DNA of 47,994 nucleotides from Candidatus Sumerlaeales bacterium (GCA_038243585.1 JBBSQY010000023.1:1-47994); one strand, 5' to 3'. Shown: positions 1-9,303, counted from the first letter of the stretch. Numbers and translations are program-made. Notes: a model not told the origin generated them from the sequence alone.

Positions 1-893
1 CCCCCCCCCCCACCACCGGACCCGCGCCGCCCGTCCACAACCATACCGAGCGCTGCCGCCTTACTGCCCGCCGCCCACACCCCGGTGCGACAAGGAATGC
101 GTTCGGTGCCAGCATCTCCAGTAAGTTCTGCATCGTGATCTGTAATGTCAGTCACTTTATAACCAAGCTTTAACTCCACGCCAAGCTGTTTGAGGAACTG
201 CCCGGCTTTATCGGAGAGGGCACGGTCAAACATCGGCAATACCCGATCGTCGTTTTCAACAACGATTATACGTGCGGCGGTGGGGCTGACGCGTCGAAAT
301 TCTCCGCGCATGGTCTGATGAGCTAACTCTCCAATCGTGCCCGCCAACTCAACTCCGGTTGGTCCGCCTCCAACAATGACGAATGTTAGCGCAGCCATGG
401 ACCGAGCCTTGTCGGATGCGGCTAGTTCGGCTTCTTCAAATGCGCTCAGAATCCTGCTGCGCATTTCCAAAGCATCTTCCAACGTTTTAAGGCCAGGCGC
501 GAGTTTTTCCCAATCATCCTGACCAAAATAATGATGATGGGAGCCGGTTGCGAGGATAAGATAATCGTAGGGCAGACTTTCGCCTTCGCAAAGTTGAACC
601 TCACGAAGCTCGCAATTAAAACCACAGACTTCCGCCTGTAATACGGTAACATTTGTCTTATTGACAAACTCAGACCGAATCGGCGAAGCGATGTCTCCGG
701 AAGACAAGCTTCCGCTGGCTACCTGGTAGAGCAGGGGCTGAAACAAATGGAAGTTGCGCCGATCGACGATGGTAATCTCTACATTTTTTCGAGCTAATTT
801 TTTAGCGCAGTTCAGGCCAGCGAAACCAGCACCGATGATCACTACGCGTGGCTTATGTGTTACGGCATCGTTTCGCTTTTCAAAGTTCGACAT
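1..893 (-). CDS. ndh: Type II NADH dehydrogenase / FAD-dependent pyridine nucleotide-disulfide oxidoreductase, 3'-truncated at window edge
   Basis: Not in the ORF track because no stop falls in the window. Hand translation from ATG at 893: MSNFEKRNDAVTHKPRVVIIGAGFAG...HLFQPLLYQVA...YDYLILATGS...FVIVGGGPTGVELAG...VWAAG, i.e. both Rossmann motifs and NDH-2 signatures. The last ~40 nt degrade into poly-G. Confidence 0.9.
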   Translation of the reverse strand, partial: MSNFEKRNDAVTHKPRVVIIGAGFAGLNCAKKLARKNVEITIVDRRNFHLFQPLLYQVASGSLSSGDIASPIRSEFVNKTNVTVLQAEVCGFNCELREVQLCEGESLPYDYLILATGSHHHYFGQDDWEKLAPGLKTLEDALEMRSRILSAFEEAELAASDKARSMAALTFVIVGGGPTGVELAGTIGELAHQTMRGEFRRVSPTAARIIVVENDDRVLPMFDRALSDKAGQFLKQLGVELKLGYKVTDITDHDAELTGDAGTERIPCRTGVWAAGSKAAALGMVVDGRRGSGGGGG

Positions 894-1022
894 GGCGACT
901 TACTCTTCCATAAGTTTGTGATTTTTTTCACAGATGCATTTCCGCGCTATTCATCATTGACGATAAACTCTGCGGGAACGAACGGTCGAGTATAGACCAT
1001 TAAGAACTGAGTAAGCAAAACT

Positions 1023-1874
1023 ATGACCAATAAGCGACCAGGCCGTTTGGAAATTGACGAAGCCACTAAATTTATTCGGGAACACAGTGACCGGGTGCCT
1101 GAACTCGGCGTGATTCTCGGAACGGGAATGGGCTCCCTGGCGGACGATATGGAAAACCGGGTCGAGATTGAATACTCAGACATTCCCTATTTTCCCGTTA
1201 GCACGGTGGAAAGTCATAAAGGCCGGTTAATCCTGGGGGATTTTCACGGCGTTTCGACGGTGATGATGCAGGGACGCTTTCATTATTACGAGGGCTATTC
1301 TATGCAGCAGATTGCGCTTCCGGTTCGAGTCATGCGGAACCTCGGGGCAAAAACGCTGTTGGTGATGAACGCCGTTGGCAGCGTTAATGCGCTGATACCG
1401 GCAGGTAGCCTGGTTCTGGTTCAGGATCAGATTAACCTTATGGGCGACAATCCTCTTATCGGGGAAAATGATGAAACTATTGGAGTCCGCTTTCCCGATA
1501 TGAGTCAACCATTTAACCGGGCTTTGATTGACCTTGCGGAAAAGGCGGCCCTTGAGGATAAAATCCCAAGCGTGCATCGGGGAGTATTAGTGGCGGTGAC
1601 AGGGCCATGTTTCGAAACCGCTGCGGAGTATCGAATGTTTCAAAGAATGGGTGCTGACATTGTGACCATGTCAACAATTCCAGAGGTTATAGCAGCAGTT
1701 CACTGCGGACTGCAGGTGCTGTGTATTTCTGTGGTTACAGATGATTGCCTACCGGACGCTCTGGAGGCGGTGGAGCTAAGCCGAATCCTTGATACCGTCG
1801 CAAAGACCGAACCAAATCTGGTTGCTTTGGTAAGAGGTTTTGTCCGTGAGTATAGCAGGAGTGAAATGCGGTGA
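1023..1874 (+). CDS. punA: Purine-nucleoside phosphorylase (trimeric, PunA/XapA family)
   Basis: Motifs GVILGTG, STVESHKG, QGRFHYYEG, GPCFET.AE, MSTIPEV. Confidence 0.93.
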   Translation: MTNKRPGRLEIDEATKFIREHSDRVPELGVILGTGMGSLADDMENRVEIEYSDIPYFPVSTVESHKGRLILGDFHGVSTVMMQGRFHYYEGYSMQQIALPVRVMRNLGAKTLLVMNAVGSVNALIPAGSLVLVQDQINLMGDNPLIGENDETIGVRFPDMSQPFNRALIDLAEKAALEDKIPSVHRGVLVAVTGPCFETAAEYRMFQRMGADIVTMSTIPEVIAAVHCGLQVLCISVVTDDCLPDALEAVELSRILDTVAKTEPNLVALVRGFVREYSRSEMR

Positions 1875-1929
1875 AGGGGCGAACAAACGGACGCTCGTAC
1901 AGTTGTAAACTATACAGGAGTTACACCTA

Positions 1930-2433
1930 ATGAAAATCACGCAAAGAATGCAGGACGCAATTAACAACCAGATTAATATCGAGTTTATGTCTAGCTATAC
2001 CTATTTGGCGATGTCGGCCTGGTGCGAACGGGCAAACTTTTTGGGTTCGGCTGCATGGATGCGCAGCCAGAGTCAGGAAGAAAAAGAACACGCCATGAAG
2101 CTTTACGAGTTCCTGGCTGACCGTAACGCAACTATTGTTTTAAAGCCTATTCCCGCTCCTCCAGTGGAGTTCGAGTCGCTTCAGGAAGTTTTTCGTAAGG
2201 CGCTAAAGAACGAAGAAGAAGTGAGCGAAACCATTAATGTGCTCTACCAAATAGCTTTAGAAGAGAAAGCCTATGCCACAGCGGCAGAACTGCAATGGTT
2301 TCTAACGGAGCAGGTAGAGGAAGAAAAAACAGCCAGAAATATCGTTAAGAAGTTTGACCTGATTCAGAATGACGGGCCAGCACTTCTCGACCTTGATCGC
2401 GAATTGGGCCAGCGGCAGGCAGAATTGCATTAA
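1930..2433 (+). CDS. ftnA: Non-heme ferritin
   Basis: INNQINIEFMSSYTYLAM, EEKEHAMK, LQWFLTEQVEEE ferroxidase motifs; SD AGGAG upstream. Confidence 0.93.
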   Translation: MKITQRMQDAINNQINIEFMSSYTYLAMSAWCERANFLGSAAWMRSQSQEEKEHAMKLYEFLADRNATIVLKPIPAPPVEFESLQEVFRKALKNEEEVSETINVLYQIALEEKAYATAAELQWFLTEQVEEEKTARNIVKKFDLIQNDGPALLDLDRELGQRQAELH

Positions 2434-2471
2434 CGCTGGTTTTGATTTGAGTATTTAGAAACAATGATATT

Positions 2472-2518
2472 ACGGTCAGGGAATGCAGGTTTGCATTCCC
2501 TGACCGTTTGTTTTTTTG
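2472..2518 (+). terminator. Intrinsic terminator (perfect 16-bp stem, T-tract) between convergent ferritin and methylase genes
   Basis: ACGGTCAGGGAATGCA-ggtt-TGCATTCCCTGACCGT followed by TTGTTTTTTT. Confidence 0.85.
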
Positions 2519-4918
2519 TTAGTCGATTCGGCGCATTACGAAGCATTTCAGATATTCCGACTCGGGCAGGCCGAGGAGAACCGGGTGATCCTGAGGAGCG
2601 CCCCGCTTTTCTATTACCTGAAACTGCATACGAGCGTTGCGTGCGGAAGTCAGTATCGCTTCGTTAAACTCATTTGATGATACGGCCTGGCTGCATGAGC
2701 AGGTTATGAGCAGGCCACCGGGTTTTAGCCTCTTCATAACAAGGTAATTCAATGACAGGTATGCGCGGAAAGCTTCTTCGTAATGAGAGCGGGTCTTTGC
2801 AAAGGCGGGCGGATCGCAGATTATAATATCAAAAAGGTTTTCTGGTTCACTATCCAGCTTACGAAGATACTCAAAGACGTCGTCTTCCACAAAGGAGACT
2901 TTGTCAAAGCCGTTGGCTTTTGCGCCAGAGGTGGCAAGTTCGAGAGCGGATTCGGATGAGTCTACACCGATGACCTCGGCTGCTCCGTATTTGGCGGCCC
3001 GCATGGCCCATCCGCCAACGTGGCAGAAGAGATCAAGGACTCGGGCGTCTTTGCTGAATGGTTTTAGTACCGCACGATTAAGGCGCTGATCCAGGAAGAG
3101 ACCGGTTTTCTGGCCACCGGCAGGATTCGCGAACATGATACAGCCTTCTTCAACGACCTTTACTCGCTCTGGAACTTCACCGTGTATAGTTGGCTCCTCA
3201 ACGGAAAGCCCCTCTTTTGCACGGATGGGAACGTCTTTGCGCACCACGATACCAGTTGGAGCCAGTTGGCTGTTCAGCTGATCAATAATATATGCAAGAT
3301 GACGATTTACCGCATAAGTTAGTGGCTGTACCACGAGGTAATCGCCAATTTTGTCTGCTATCAAGCCCGGTATGCCGTCGCCTTCGCCAGAGATGGCACG
3401 ACAGGATTCGTTTAGCAATCCGAGCTGTTTCCGCGTAGAGATGGCTTTCTCGATAGCTTCCCGCAGGTAAGCTTCATCAAATTTGCGTCTCGTCAGGCTG
3501 AAGATTCTAGCGCGGATTCGGGAGTTTGGATTATAAATCGCGGAACCGGCAAAGCGGTTGTTGTGATCATAAACAAACACCGTATCTCCGGCGGAAGGTT
3601 CGCCGTCCGGCAATTCTCCCACCATTGTGTCATAGATCCAGACCAGACGAACAGGCACGTTATGGGTATCATCAAGCGTGACGATTAAAGATTTGGCGTC
3701 GGTTTGCGGATTATAGGTAGGACGGGATCCTTTGGAAAAAGTCTTACCGGCAAAATCCGGACGAGAGCTGGATTCATCAAAGTTCTTCTTGTTGAATGGC
3801 ACACTTACAGCAGGGTCGCGGGCAGGCCTATCTGGATCCATAGGACCTTCGGGCTTCCACACAGGCCGAATTCTATCAACTTCAGGCCTTTCAGTTTTCC
3901 ACGCAGGGCGGTCTGAGTTAAACGCGGGCTTGTCTGATTTCCAGGCAGGCTTGTCGCCGTAGGGGCGTCTTTCGCCGGATCCGGAAGAGTCTGAATAGCG
4001 GGGTTTGTCACTGCCGCCGGGACGGTCGGACTTCCACGCCGGGCGGTCTGAGTTATACGCAGGCTTGTCTGACTTCCATGCAGGCTTTTCGCCATAGGGA
4101 CGGCGTTCGCCGGATCCGGAAGAGTCGGAATAGCGAGGTTTATCACTGCCGCCTGGACGGTCGGATTTCCAAGCTGGGCGGTCTGAGTTATACGCAGGCT
4201 TGTCTGATTTCCAAGCAGGCTTATCGCCATAGGAGCGGCGTTCGCCGGACCCGGAAGAATCTGAGAAGCGAGGTTTGTCGCCGCCACCAGGGCGGTCGGA
4301 TTTCCACGCGGGACGGTCAGACTTAAAAGCGGGTTTGTCGGATTTCCAGGAAGGCTTGTCGCCGTAAGGGCGGCGTTCGCCGGAACCGGAGGAGTCGGAG
4401 TAGCGGGGTTTATCACCGCCACCGGGACGATCGGATTTCCATGCAGGACGAGCTGAGTTATACGCAGGTTTGTCTGACTTCCACGCAGGCTTGTCGCCGT
4501 ACGGGCGTCGTTCGCCAGATCCGGAGGAGTCTGAGTAGCGGGGCTTATCACCGCCACCGGGACGATCGGATTTCCATGCGGGACGATCTGACTTAAAAGC
4601 AGGCTTGTCTGATTTCCAGGAAGGCTTGTCGCCATAAGGGCGGCGTTCGCCAGACCCGGATGAGTCTGAGTAGCGGGGCTTATCGCCGCCGCCTGGGCGA
4701 TCTGATTTCCATGCTGGACGATCAGAATTGAAAGCCGGTTTATCGGATTTCCAAGCTGGCTTATCGCCATCAGGCCGGCGGCCAGTAGAACCTACTGGTC
4801 CACGGGGGCGATCCTCACCAAATTTCTTCTTTGGGCCAAAGGCCGGTTTTCCACCAAATTTTTTATCGCCTGAAGGCGCAAATCGGCGCGGTTTGTCACT
4901 GCCAAATGTTTTTTTCAT
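2519..4918 (-). CDS. rlmI: RlmI-family class I SAM-dependent rRNA methyltransferase with long repetitive N-terminal extension
   Basis: C-terminal ~390 aa contain GDGIPGLIAD, GQKTGLFLDQR, VLDLFCHVGG, DPPAF, TCSCS, PESEYLK. Start placed at ATG 4918 (MKKTFG) rather than 4981, which overlaps the upstream gene. Confidence 0.8.
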   Translation of the reverse strand: MKKTFGSDKPRRFAPSGDKKFGGKPAFGPKKKFGEDRPRGPVGSTGRRPDGDKPAWKSDKPAFNSDRPAWKSDRPGGGDKPRYSDSSGSGERRPYGDKPSWKSDKPAFKSDRPAWKSDRPGGGDKPRYSDSSGSGERRPYGDKPAWKSDKPAYNSARPAWKSDRPGGGDKPRYSDSSGSGERRPYGDKPSWKSDKPAFKSDRPAWKSDRPGGGDKPRFSDSSGSGERRSYGDKPAWKSDKPAYNSDRPAWKSDRPGGSDKPRYSDSSGSGERRPYGEKPAWKSDKPAYNSDRPAWKSDRPGGSDKPRYSDSSGSGERRPYGDKPAWKSDKPAFNSDRPAWKTERPEVDRIRPVWKPEGPMDPDRPARDPAVSVPFNKKNFDESSSRPDFAGKTFSKGSRPTYNPQTDAKSLIVTLDDTHNVPVRLVWIYDTMVGELPDGEPSAGDTVFVYDHNNRFAGSAIYNPNSRIRARIFSLTRRKFDEAYLREAIEKAISTRKQLGLLNESCRAISGEGDGIPGLIADKIGDYLVVQPLTYAVNRHLAYIIDQLNSQLAPTGIVVRKDVPIRAKEGLSVEEPTIHGEVPERVKVVEEGCIMFANPAGGQKTGLFLDQRLNRAVLKPFSKDARVLDLFCHVGGWAMRAAKYGAAEVIGVDSSESALELATSGAKANGFDKVSFVEDDVFEYLRKLDSEPENLFDIIICDPPAFAKTRSHYEEAFRAYLSLNYLVMKRLKPGGLLITCSCSQAVSSNEFNEAILTSARNARMQFQVIEKRGAPQDHPVLLGLPESEYLKCFVMRRID
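3884..4768 (-). repeat. Coding tandem repeat: six full 135-nt (45-aa) units plus a partial seventh
   Basis: Unit GDKPAWKSDKPAFNSDRPAWKSDRPGGGDKPRYSDSSGSGERRPY with internal 7-aa subrepeats; synonymous divergence between units. Confidence 0.95.
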
Positions 4919-4947
4919 CTTATTCTCTGACTGGTTTTCCTGGATTC

Positions 4948-7065
4948 CTATTTCGTTTGCGTAGGCCCGCCGGCGTCCCAAATGAAGACCGGCTCGAAAC
5001 CAACGGGAAAACTATAGGTTCCCTTTATAGAATTGGCCGAATCTTCTATAACTTTCCGGGTTTGAATTTCTGCTCCAAGATAATCCAGGGCGTACACTCC
5101 CCCACCGTGGGTCATTTCCAGTCGAATATCCTGCGTCCCGGGCGATTCGGTCCATGCTACGTAAAGTATTCCGCGCCATTTATTGTTCTGCAACGGGATA
5201 TTAAATTTGTAGATTATAACATTGCCCTGTTTAGTGGTTTCAAGAGCCTCTACCCCGCTCATCATATATGTCATTAAATTATAAGCTACGCCGGACGGTT
5301 TGGGAAATAACCGGGAGTCGAGCAAGCCCATGGGAGCTGTACCATCTGATGCCCAAGGCAAGTCTGGTTTGTCCATCAGGCTGTTCCAGTATAACTTATA
5401 GGCGCCGTGGGCGATAGCCATAACATGGGTTCTTACAAGATAATTTGCCTGAACTTTTTCTGTAACTCCGGCCGGTCCGTTTGGCCACCCAGTACCTGTA
5501 ATCCAAAGGTCCAATGATTTCGATTTTTTGGTTTTAATGAATTCCGAAGCACTGATAAGGATTTTATCAAATCCATTTTTTTCAGGGGAACTGGTCTTGT
5601 CCCGTGGAAACAGGTGAAAACTGATGCCGCTTATCCTGTCTAGAGTATTAGATGTCAATAACGGCTCTAAATAAGCCGGGTCAAACTGGCGAGTTCCACC
5701 GACTATGACTGGCGGCGTAGGGGCCTTGATTTTGTCTGGCATTTGAAATCCGTCCAGGGTTGCGTTTACGAGTTGACCGTATAGTTTTGAATCCGGCCAG
5801 GTATCTTCCGGATAATCCCAGCACTGCAAACCCCAGATTAGTTCCCTATGATTTTTTGAAAGTTGACGTGTGAACTCGGTCCATGAACTGAGGGTCGCCG
5901 AGGTTTCCGTAGGCAATTCCTGACTCCAAGCGGACTTGCCAATAAGCGTTACCAGCGGACGAACTATGGCCTTTCTATATATGGGGAGCACCGAGTTTAA
6001 ACTGGACCACCTGAGATGCCCTGGCGACTTCTGTATCGTTTCCCATTCAAGCGTTACGGGCGCAAAAGAAGAACCTAAACGCCTTTGCCAGCGGACCAAG
6101 CGTAGTCCTTTCTCTTTTTGATCCGCAAGGGACATGGAAATCAGGTCAGCGCCGACGATTACAAAGGGCCACTGATTTTTTTGGATTTGCCGGGATGGCC
6201 GGGCCAGAGCGACAACCTGCACCCTATCCTCAGCTACAACCGTCGCCGAGGTTGGAATATGTTCAAGCGCAACCCGCACGCCTACCACTGTCTGTGTTGT
6301 AACGCCGTCCGGAAGAAGTTGGCGTTCATCAAAATCGGCGGCAGTTTTACCAAATGGTATTTTTTCCGGTCCGACCATACCGGAGGATGGCAGGCTGGTT
6401 ATGGCATCATTTAAAAGCTTGAGCGTAACCTGGTATTGCCCCGCCACTGGAAACTGTACGTCAGCAAGCTCGGCGGCCAGATCGAACGTCGAATAGAATC
6501 TGGAAGAAACCACCCGGCCTCTATGATCAGCCAGTTTGATATGTGCAGTAGGCGGCATCGGCCCTGTGCCGTTGCTTAAGGTTAGCGTTGCTGTCGCTTT
6601 CAGGTTAGCCGACACTACAAACTGCTCGTCGTCTCCCTCGATACTAATTCGGGGAATCCATTGAGGGGTTTCAGCTCCTCCCGGATTAGTAGCGTGAAAT
6701 TCCAGAATCCCGGTAGATTTACGAATGTCATCGTATACCTGTATTTCGCCTGCGCCCTCTCCTCTTATGAACAGGGGTATAGCTGCCATGGCGCTGTCGT
6801 AAGGGACGGTTTCTGGTAAATGTATTTCTGCAGTCCCGTGCCCTACAAGCCATAACGTGCCGGAGCCGGCGATATCGGCGGGCTGTTTAGCGTCGAGATA
6901 CTGCAGGGTAAGCGTGGTGTCGGAGTTACAGGGTATCGACTTAGAGGACGATAATTGCCAGGCGGCGAATGACGACTGGACTGAGACCATGATGGCAATG
7001 ATAGTAAAGAGTTGAACGAGGCTGGAACGTCGAAATGAGATTCGGCGGATCCTCGAAAATAACAT
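4948..7065 (-). CDS. Secreted protein with C-terminal clan GH-A (GH39/GH5-like) barrel; catalytic residues degenerate
   Basis: Signal peptide ending SSFA; LEWETIQKSPG..W, ISFHLFP, LWITGTGWP, QANYLVRT..A..G..KLYW, GLLD...PKPS..AY are typical of GH39-like barrels. Confidence 0.6.
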   Translation of the reverse strand: MLFSRIRRISFRRSSLVQLFTIIAIMVSVQSSFAAWQLSSSKSIPCNSDTTLTLQYLDAKQPADIAGSGTLWLVGHGTAEIHLPETVPYDSAMAAIPLFIRGEGAGEIQVYDDIRKSTGILEFHATNPGGAETPQWIPRISIEGDDEQFVVSANLKATATLTLSNGTGPMPPTAHIKLADHRGRVVSSRFYSTFDLAAELADVQFPVAGQYQVTLKLLNDAITSLPSSGMVGPEKIPFGKTAADFDERQLLPDGVTTQTVVGVRVALEHIPTSATVVAEDRVQVVALARPSRQIQKNQWPFVIVGADLISMSLADQKEKGLRLVRWQRRLGSSFAPVTLEWETIQKSPGHLRWSSLNSVLPIYRKAIVRPLVTLIGKSAWSQELPTETSATLSSWTEFTRQLSKNHRELIWGLQCWDYPEDTWPDSKLYGQLVNATLDGFQMPDKIKAPTPPVIVGGTRQFDPAYLEPLLTSNTLDRISGISFHLFPRDKTSSPEKNGFDKILISASEFIKTKKSKSLDLWITGTGWPNGPAGVTEKVQANYLVRTHVMAIAHGAYKLYWNSLMDKPDLPWASDGTAPMGLLDSRLFPKPSGVAYNLMTYMMSGVEALETTKQGNVIIYKFNIPLQNNKWRGILYVAWTESPGTQDIRLEMTHGGGVYALDYLGAEIQTRKVIEDSANSIKGTYSFPVGFEPVFIWDAGGPTQTK

Positions 7066-7283
7066 CAGGAAACTGTCGCTCTATAACCAGCCAGTTCTAT
7101 GGCGCCGGTAAAATCGTCAGCGGTTGCCAGCGTGTCGTCAAACGTCATCGTGGCGCTAGCATTCTCTGCAGACACGTCGGCAGAAGCGAGGCCTGGTACA
7201 GTGTTAATGGCGCGATTAACAGATTCTACTGCGTGGTGAGAATCCATTCCAGTTACATTTAGCTTAAGAATTTTATCAGCCAT
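7065..7283 (-). CDS. Heavy-metal-associated (CopZ-like) domain protein lacking CxxC
   Basis: LNVTGMDSHHAV..V..AI..VPG...AIELAGY HMA pattern; TGATG overlap with downstream gene. Confidence 0.75.
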   Translation of the reverse strand: MADKILKLNVTGMDSHHAVESVNRAINTVPGLASADVSAENASATMTFDDTLATADDFTGAIELAGYRATVS

Positions 7284-7414
7284 AAAAAAAGCATTCCAAT
7301 TCGTTAGATATTTGGTTCAATTGCTTCTAAAATCAACAGCTGTAAGTGAAAATTATACAATATCCACAACTCGGCGGAGACGACTACAGCAACAAATAAT
7401 GGCTAAAACTGTTG

Positions 7415-7648
7415 TTACTTATGAATCACGTTGAACTGACCATTGGGCCACAATGGCACTCCCGGCAACTTCCTTGTAGCGATAACTCCGTTACCGGCGT
7501 ACCAGACGGGACTATAGTAAGTTATGGGTTCGTAGTAGTATGTGCGACCGTTAAACTCGCGACGGGGCGTGCCGGGGCGGGCTTCGGCCATAACTGATGT
7601 GGCTATGGCCAGCAGAACTATTAGTCCGACAAAACGAATCTTTCTCAT
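7415..7648 (-). CDS. Small secreted hypothetical protein
   Basis: SD AAGGAG, Sec signal MRKIRFVGLIVLLAIATSVMA, aromatic-rich mature part. Confidence 0.65.
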   Translation of the reverse strand: MRKIRFVGLIVLLAIATSVMAEARPGTPRREFNGRTYYYEPITYYSPVWYAGNGVIATRKLPGVPLWPNGQFNVIHK

Positions 7649-7739
7649 GGTACTCTCCTTGTTTCACCGACATATGCTTTTTGCGTAGATAAGGAAATCT
7701 CGTGACGCAAGCATCATCCGCCCATGTATACTACAGATA

Positions 7740-8906
7740 ATGAAGCTTCCCATCTACCTGGATAATCACGCGACAACGCGAGTAGACCCGCGCGTACTGG
7801 ATGCGATGCTCCCTCATTTCACCGAATCCTATGGCAACGCGGCCAGCACCGCACACGGGTATGGATGGGCAGCGCGCGACGCCGTGGATTTGTCACGGGC
7901 GCAGATTGCTGGCCTGGCTGGATGTGAGGCCTCGGAGGTTATTTATACTTCCGGTGCGACAGAATCTATTAATTTGGCGCTGAAAGGCATAGCGCGACAG
8001 AAATCGTGGGACACCGTCCACATTGTCACATGCGTGGCGGAGCATTCGGCGGTGTTGGACACTTGCGGGTATCTTGAAACATTGGGCGCAACTGTCACTC
8101 GCCTGCCGGTTCTACCGGACGGAACGCTGGATCTGGCGCTGCTGGAAAAAGTGGTATCTGGCAATGCGGATATAGTTTCTATCATGCATGCCAATAATGA
8201 AATCGGTACAATACATCCGATTGATGTTATCGGACAGATCTGTCACAAGTACAACGCGCTGTTTCACGTAGACGCAGCGCAGTCATTCGGGAAGATACCG
8301 TTAGATTTCAGCGACGGTTCCGTAGATTTCCTGTCAATTTCGGGCCATAAACTTTATGCCCCGAAAGGGGTTGGATGCCTACTTGTTAAACGGCGTATGC
8401 CGCCGCTTCGCCTTACACCGCTGCTGCATGGAGGAGGGCATGAACGGGGGTTTCGGTCAGGCACTCTAAACGTTCCTGGGATTGTCGCGCTGGGGAAAGC
8501 TGCGGAAATATGCGCCGATGAAATGACGGATGAAACGACGCAGGTTGCGGGGTTACGGGATATGCTTTTGGAGTCTTTAAAGCGGGGAATCCCGGACCTG
8601 ATAGTTAATGGCGCCATGAAGAATCGGCTGGCGGGCAACTTAAACGTATCTTTTAGCGGGATTGACGGGCACTTGCTGCTACCAGCTCTGCGTAACCATA
8701 TCAGCGTAAGCAGCGGAAGCGCCTGTACGTCCGCTCATTCAAAACCATCTCATGTGCTGGCGGCAATAGGAATGTCAGACCTATTAGGGCAATCAAGCCT
8801 GCGGTTTGGCGTTGGGAGGTTCAATACGGAAGAAGAAATCCTATATGCTGCCGATGTGACAGTGGCGGTTATCAGAGATTTACGGGCGCAAAAAACCGGC
8901 GGATAG
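7740..8906 (+). CDS. iscS: Cysteine desulfurase (IscS/NifS group I)
   Basis: YLDNHATT, TSGATES, ANNEIG, HVDAAQ, SGHKLYAPKG, RSGT, SSGSACTS. Confidence 0.95.
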   Translation: MKLPIYLDNHATTRVDPRVLDAMLPHFTESYGNAASTAHGYGWAARDAVDLSRAQIAGLAGCEASEVIYTSGATESINLALKGIARQKSWDTVHIVTCVAEHSAVLDTCGYLETLGATVTRLPVLPDGTLDLALLEKVVSGNADIVSIMHANNEIGTIHPIDVIGQICHKYNALFHVDAAQSFGKIPLDFSDGSVDFLSISGHKLYAPKGVGCLLVKRRMPPLRLTPLLHGGGHERGFRSGTLNVPGIVALGKAAEICADEMTDETTQVAGLRDMLLESLKRGIPDLIVNGAMKNRLAGNLNVSFSGIDGHLLLPALRNHISVSSGSACTSAHSKPSHVLAAIGMSDLLGQSSLRFGVGRFNTEEEILYAADVTVAVIRDLRAQKTGG

Positions 8907-8976
8907 GCTGGCGCATGATGATCGCAGTGAGTTTGCTGTAAGTACTTCAGAGACTAGATACACAGGAGCAAAACCA

Positions 8977-9303
8977 ATGGCTATAACAGTGACCCCTCTC
9001 GCAGTTGACAAGGTGAAACAAATTTTATCATCCCAGGGCAAAGATGACTGGGGCATACGAGTCGGCGTGAAAGGCGGCGGGTGTTCGGGCCTTTCGTATA
9101 CAATGGACCTGTGTGAGGTGCCTGAAGCAGAGGACAAGGTTCACGACATCGGCGGCCTGAAGGTTTTTTGTGATAAAAAAAGTTACTTCTATTTGAGCAG
9201 TCTAACCCTGGACTTTATCGATCAGCTGATGGACGGTGGTTTTAAGTTTGTTAATCCCAACGCGACTTCAACCTGCGGCTGCGGTAGCTCGTTTTCCGCA
9301 TAA
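8977..9303 (+). CDS. iscA: Fe-S cluster assembly A-type carrier (IscA/ErpA/HesB)
   Basis: GGGCSGLSY and NPNATSTCGCGSSF motifs; SD AGGAG. Confidence 0.9.
   Translation: MAITVTPLAVDKVKQILSSQGKDDWGIRVGVKGGGCSGLSYTMDLCEVPEAEDKVHDIGGLKVFCDKKSYFYLSSLTLDFIDQLMDGGFKFVNPNATSTCGCGSSFSA

Noticed and set aside
1..60. Poly-C/GC-rich start of the window
   Set aside because: On the minus strand ndh decays into poly-G at a contig end, typical of two-colour Illumina read-end artefacts rather than biology
3884..4768. Possible CRISPR array
   Set aside because: Contiguous in-frame 135-nt units without unique spacers; no cas genes in the window
3805..4770. 321-aa alternative-frame ORF and antisense ORFs over the repeat
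   Set aside because: Shadow of the coding tandem repeat; unit variation is synonymous in the methylase frame
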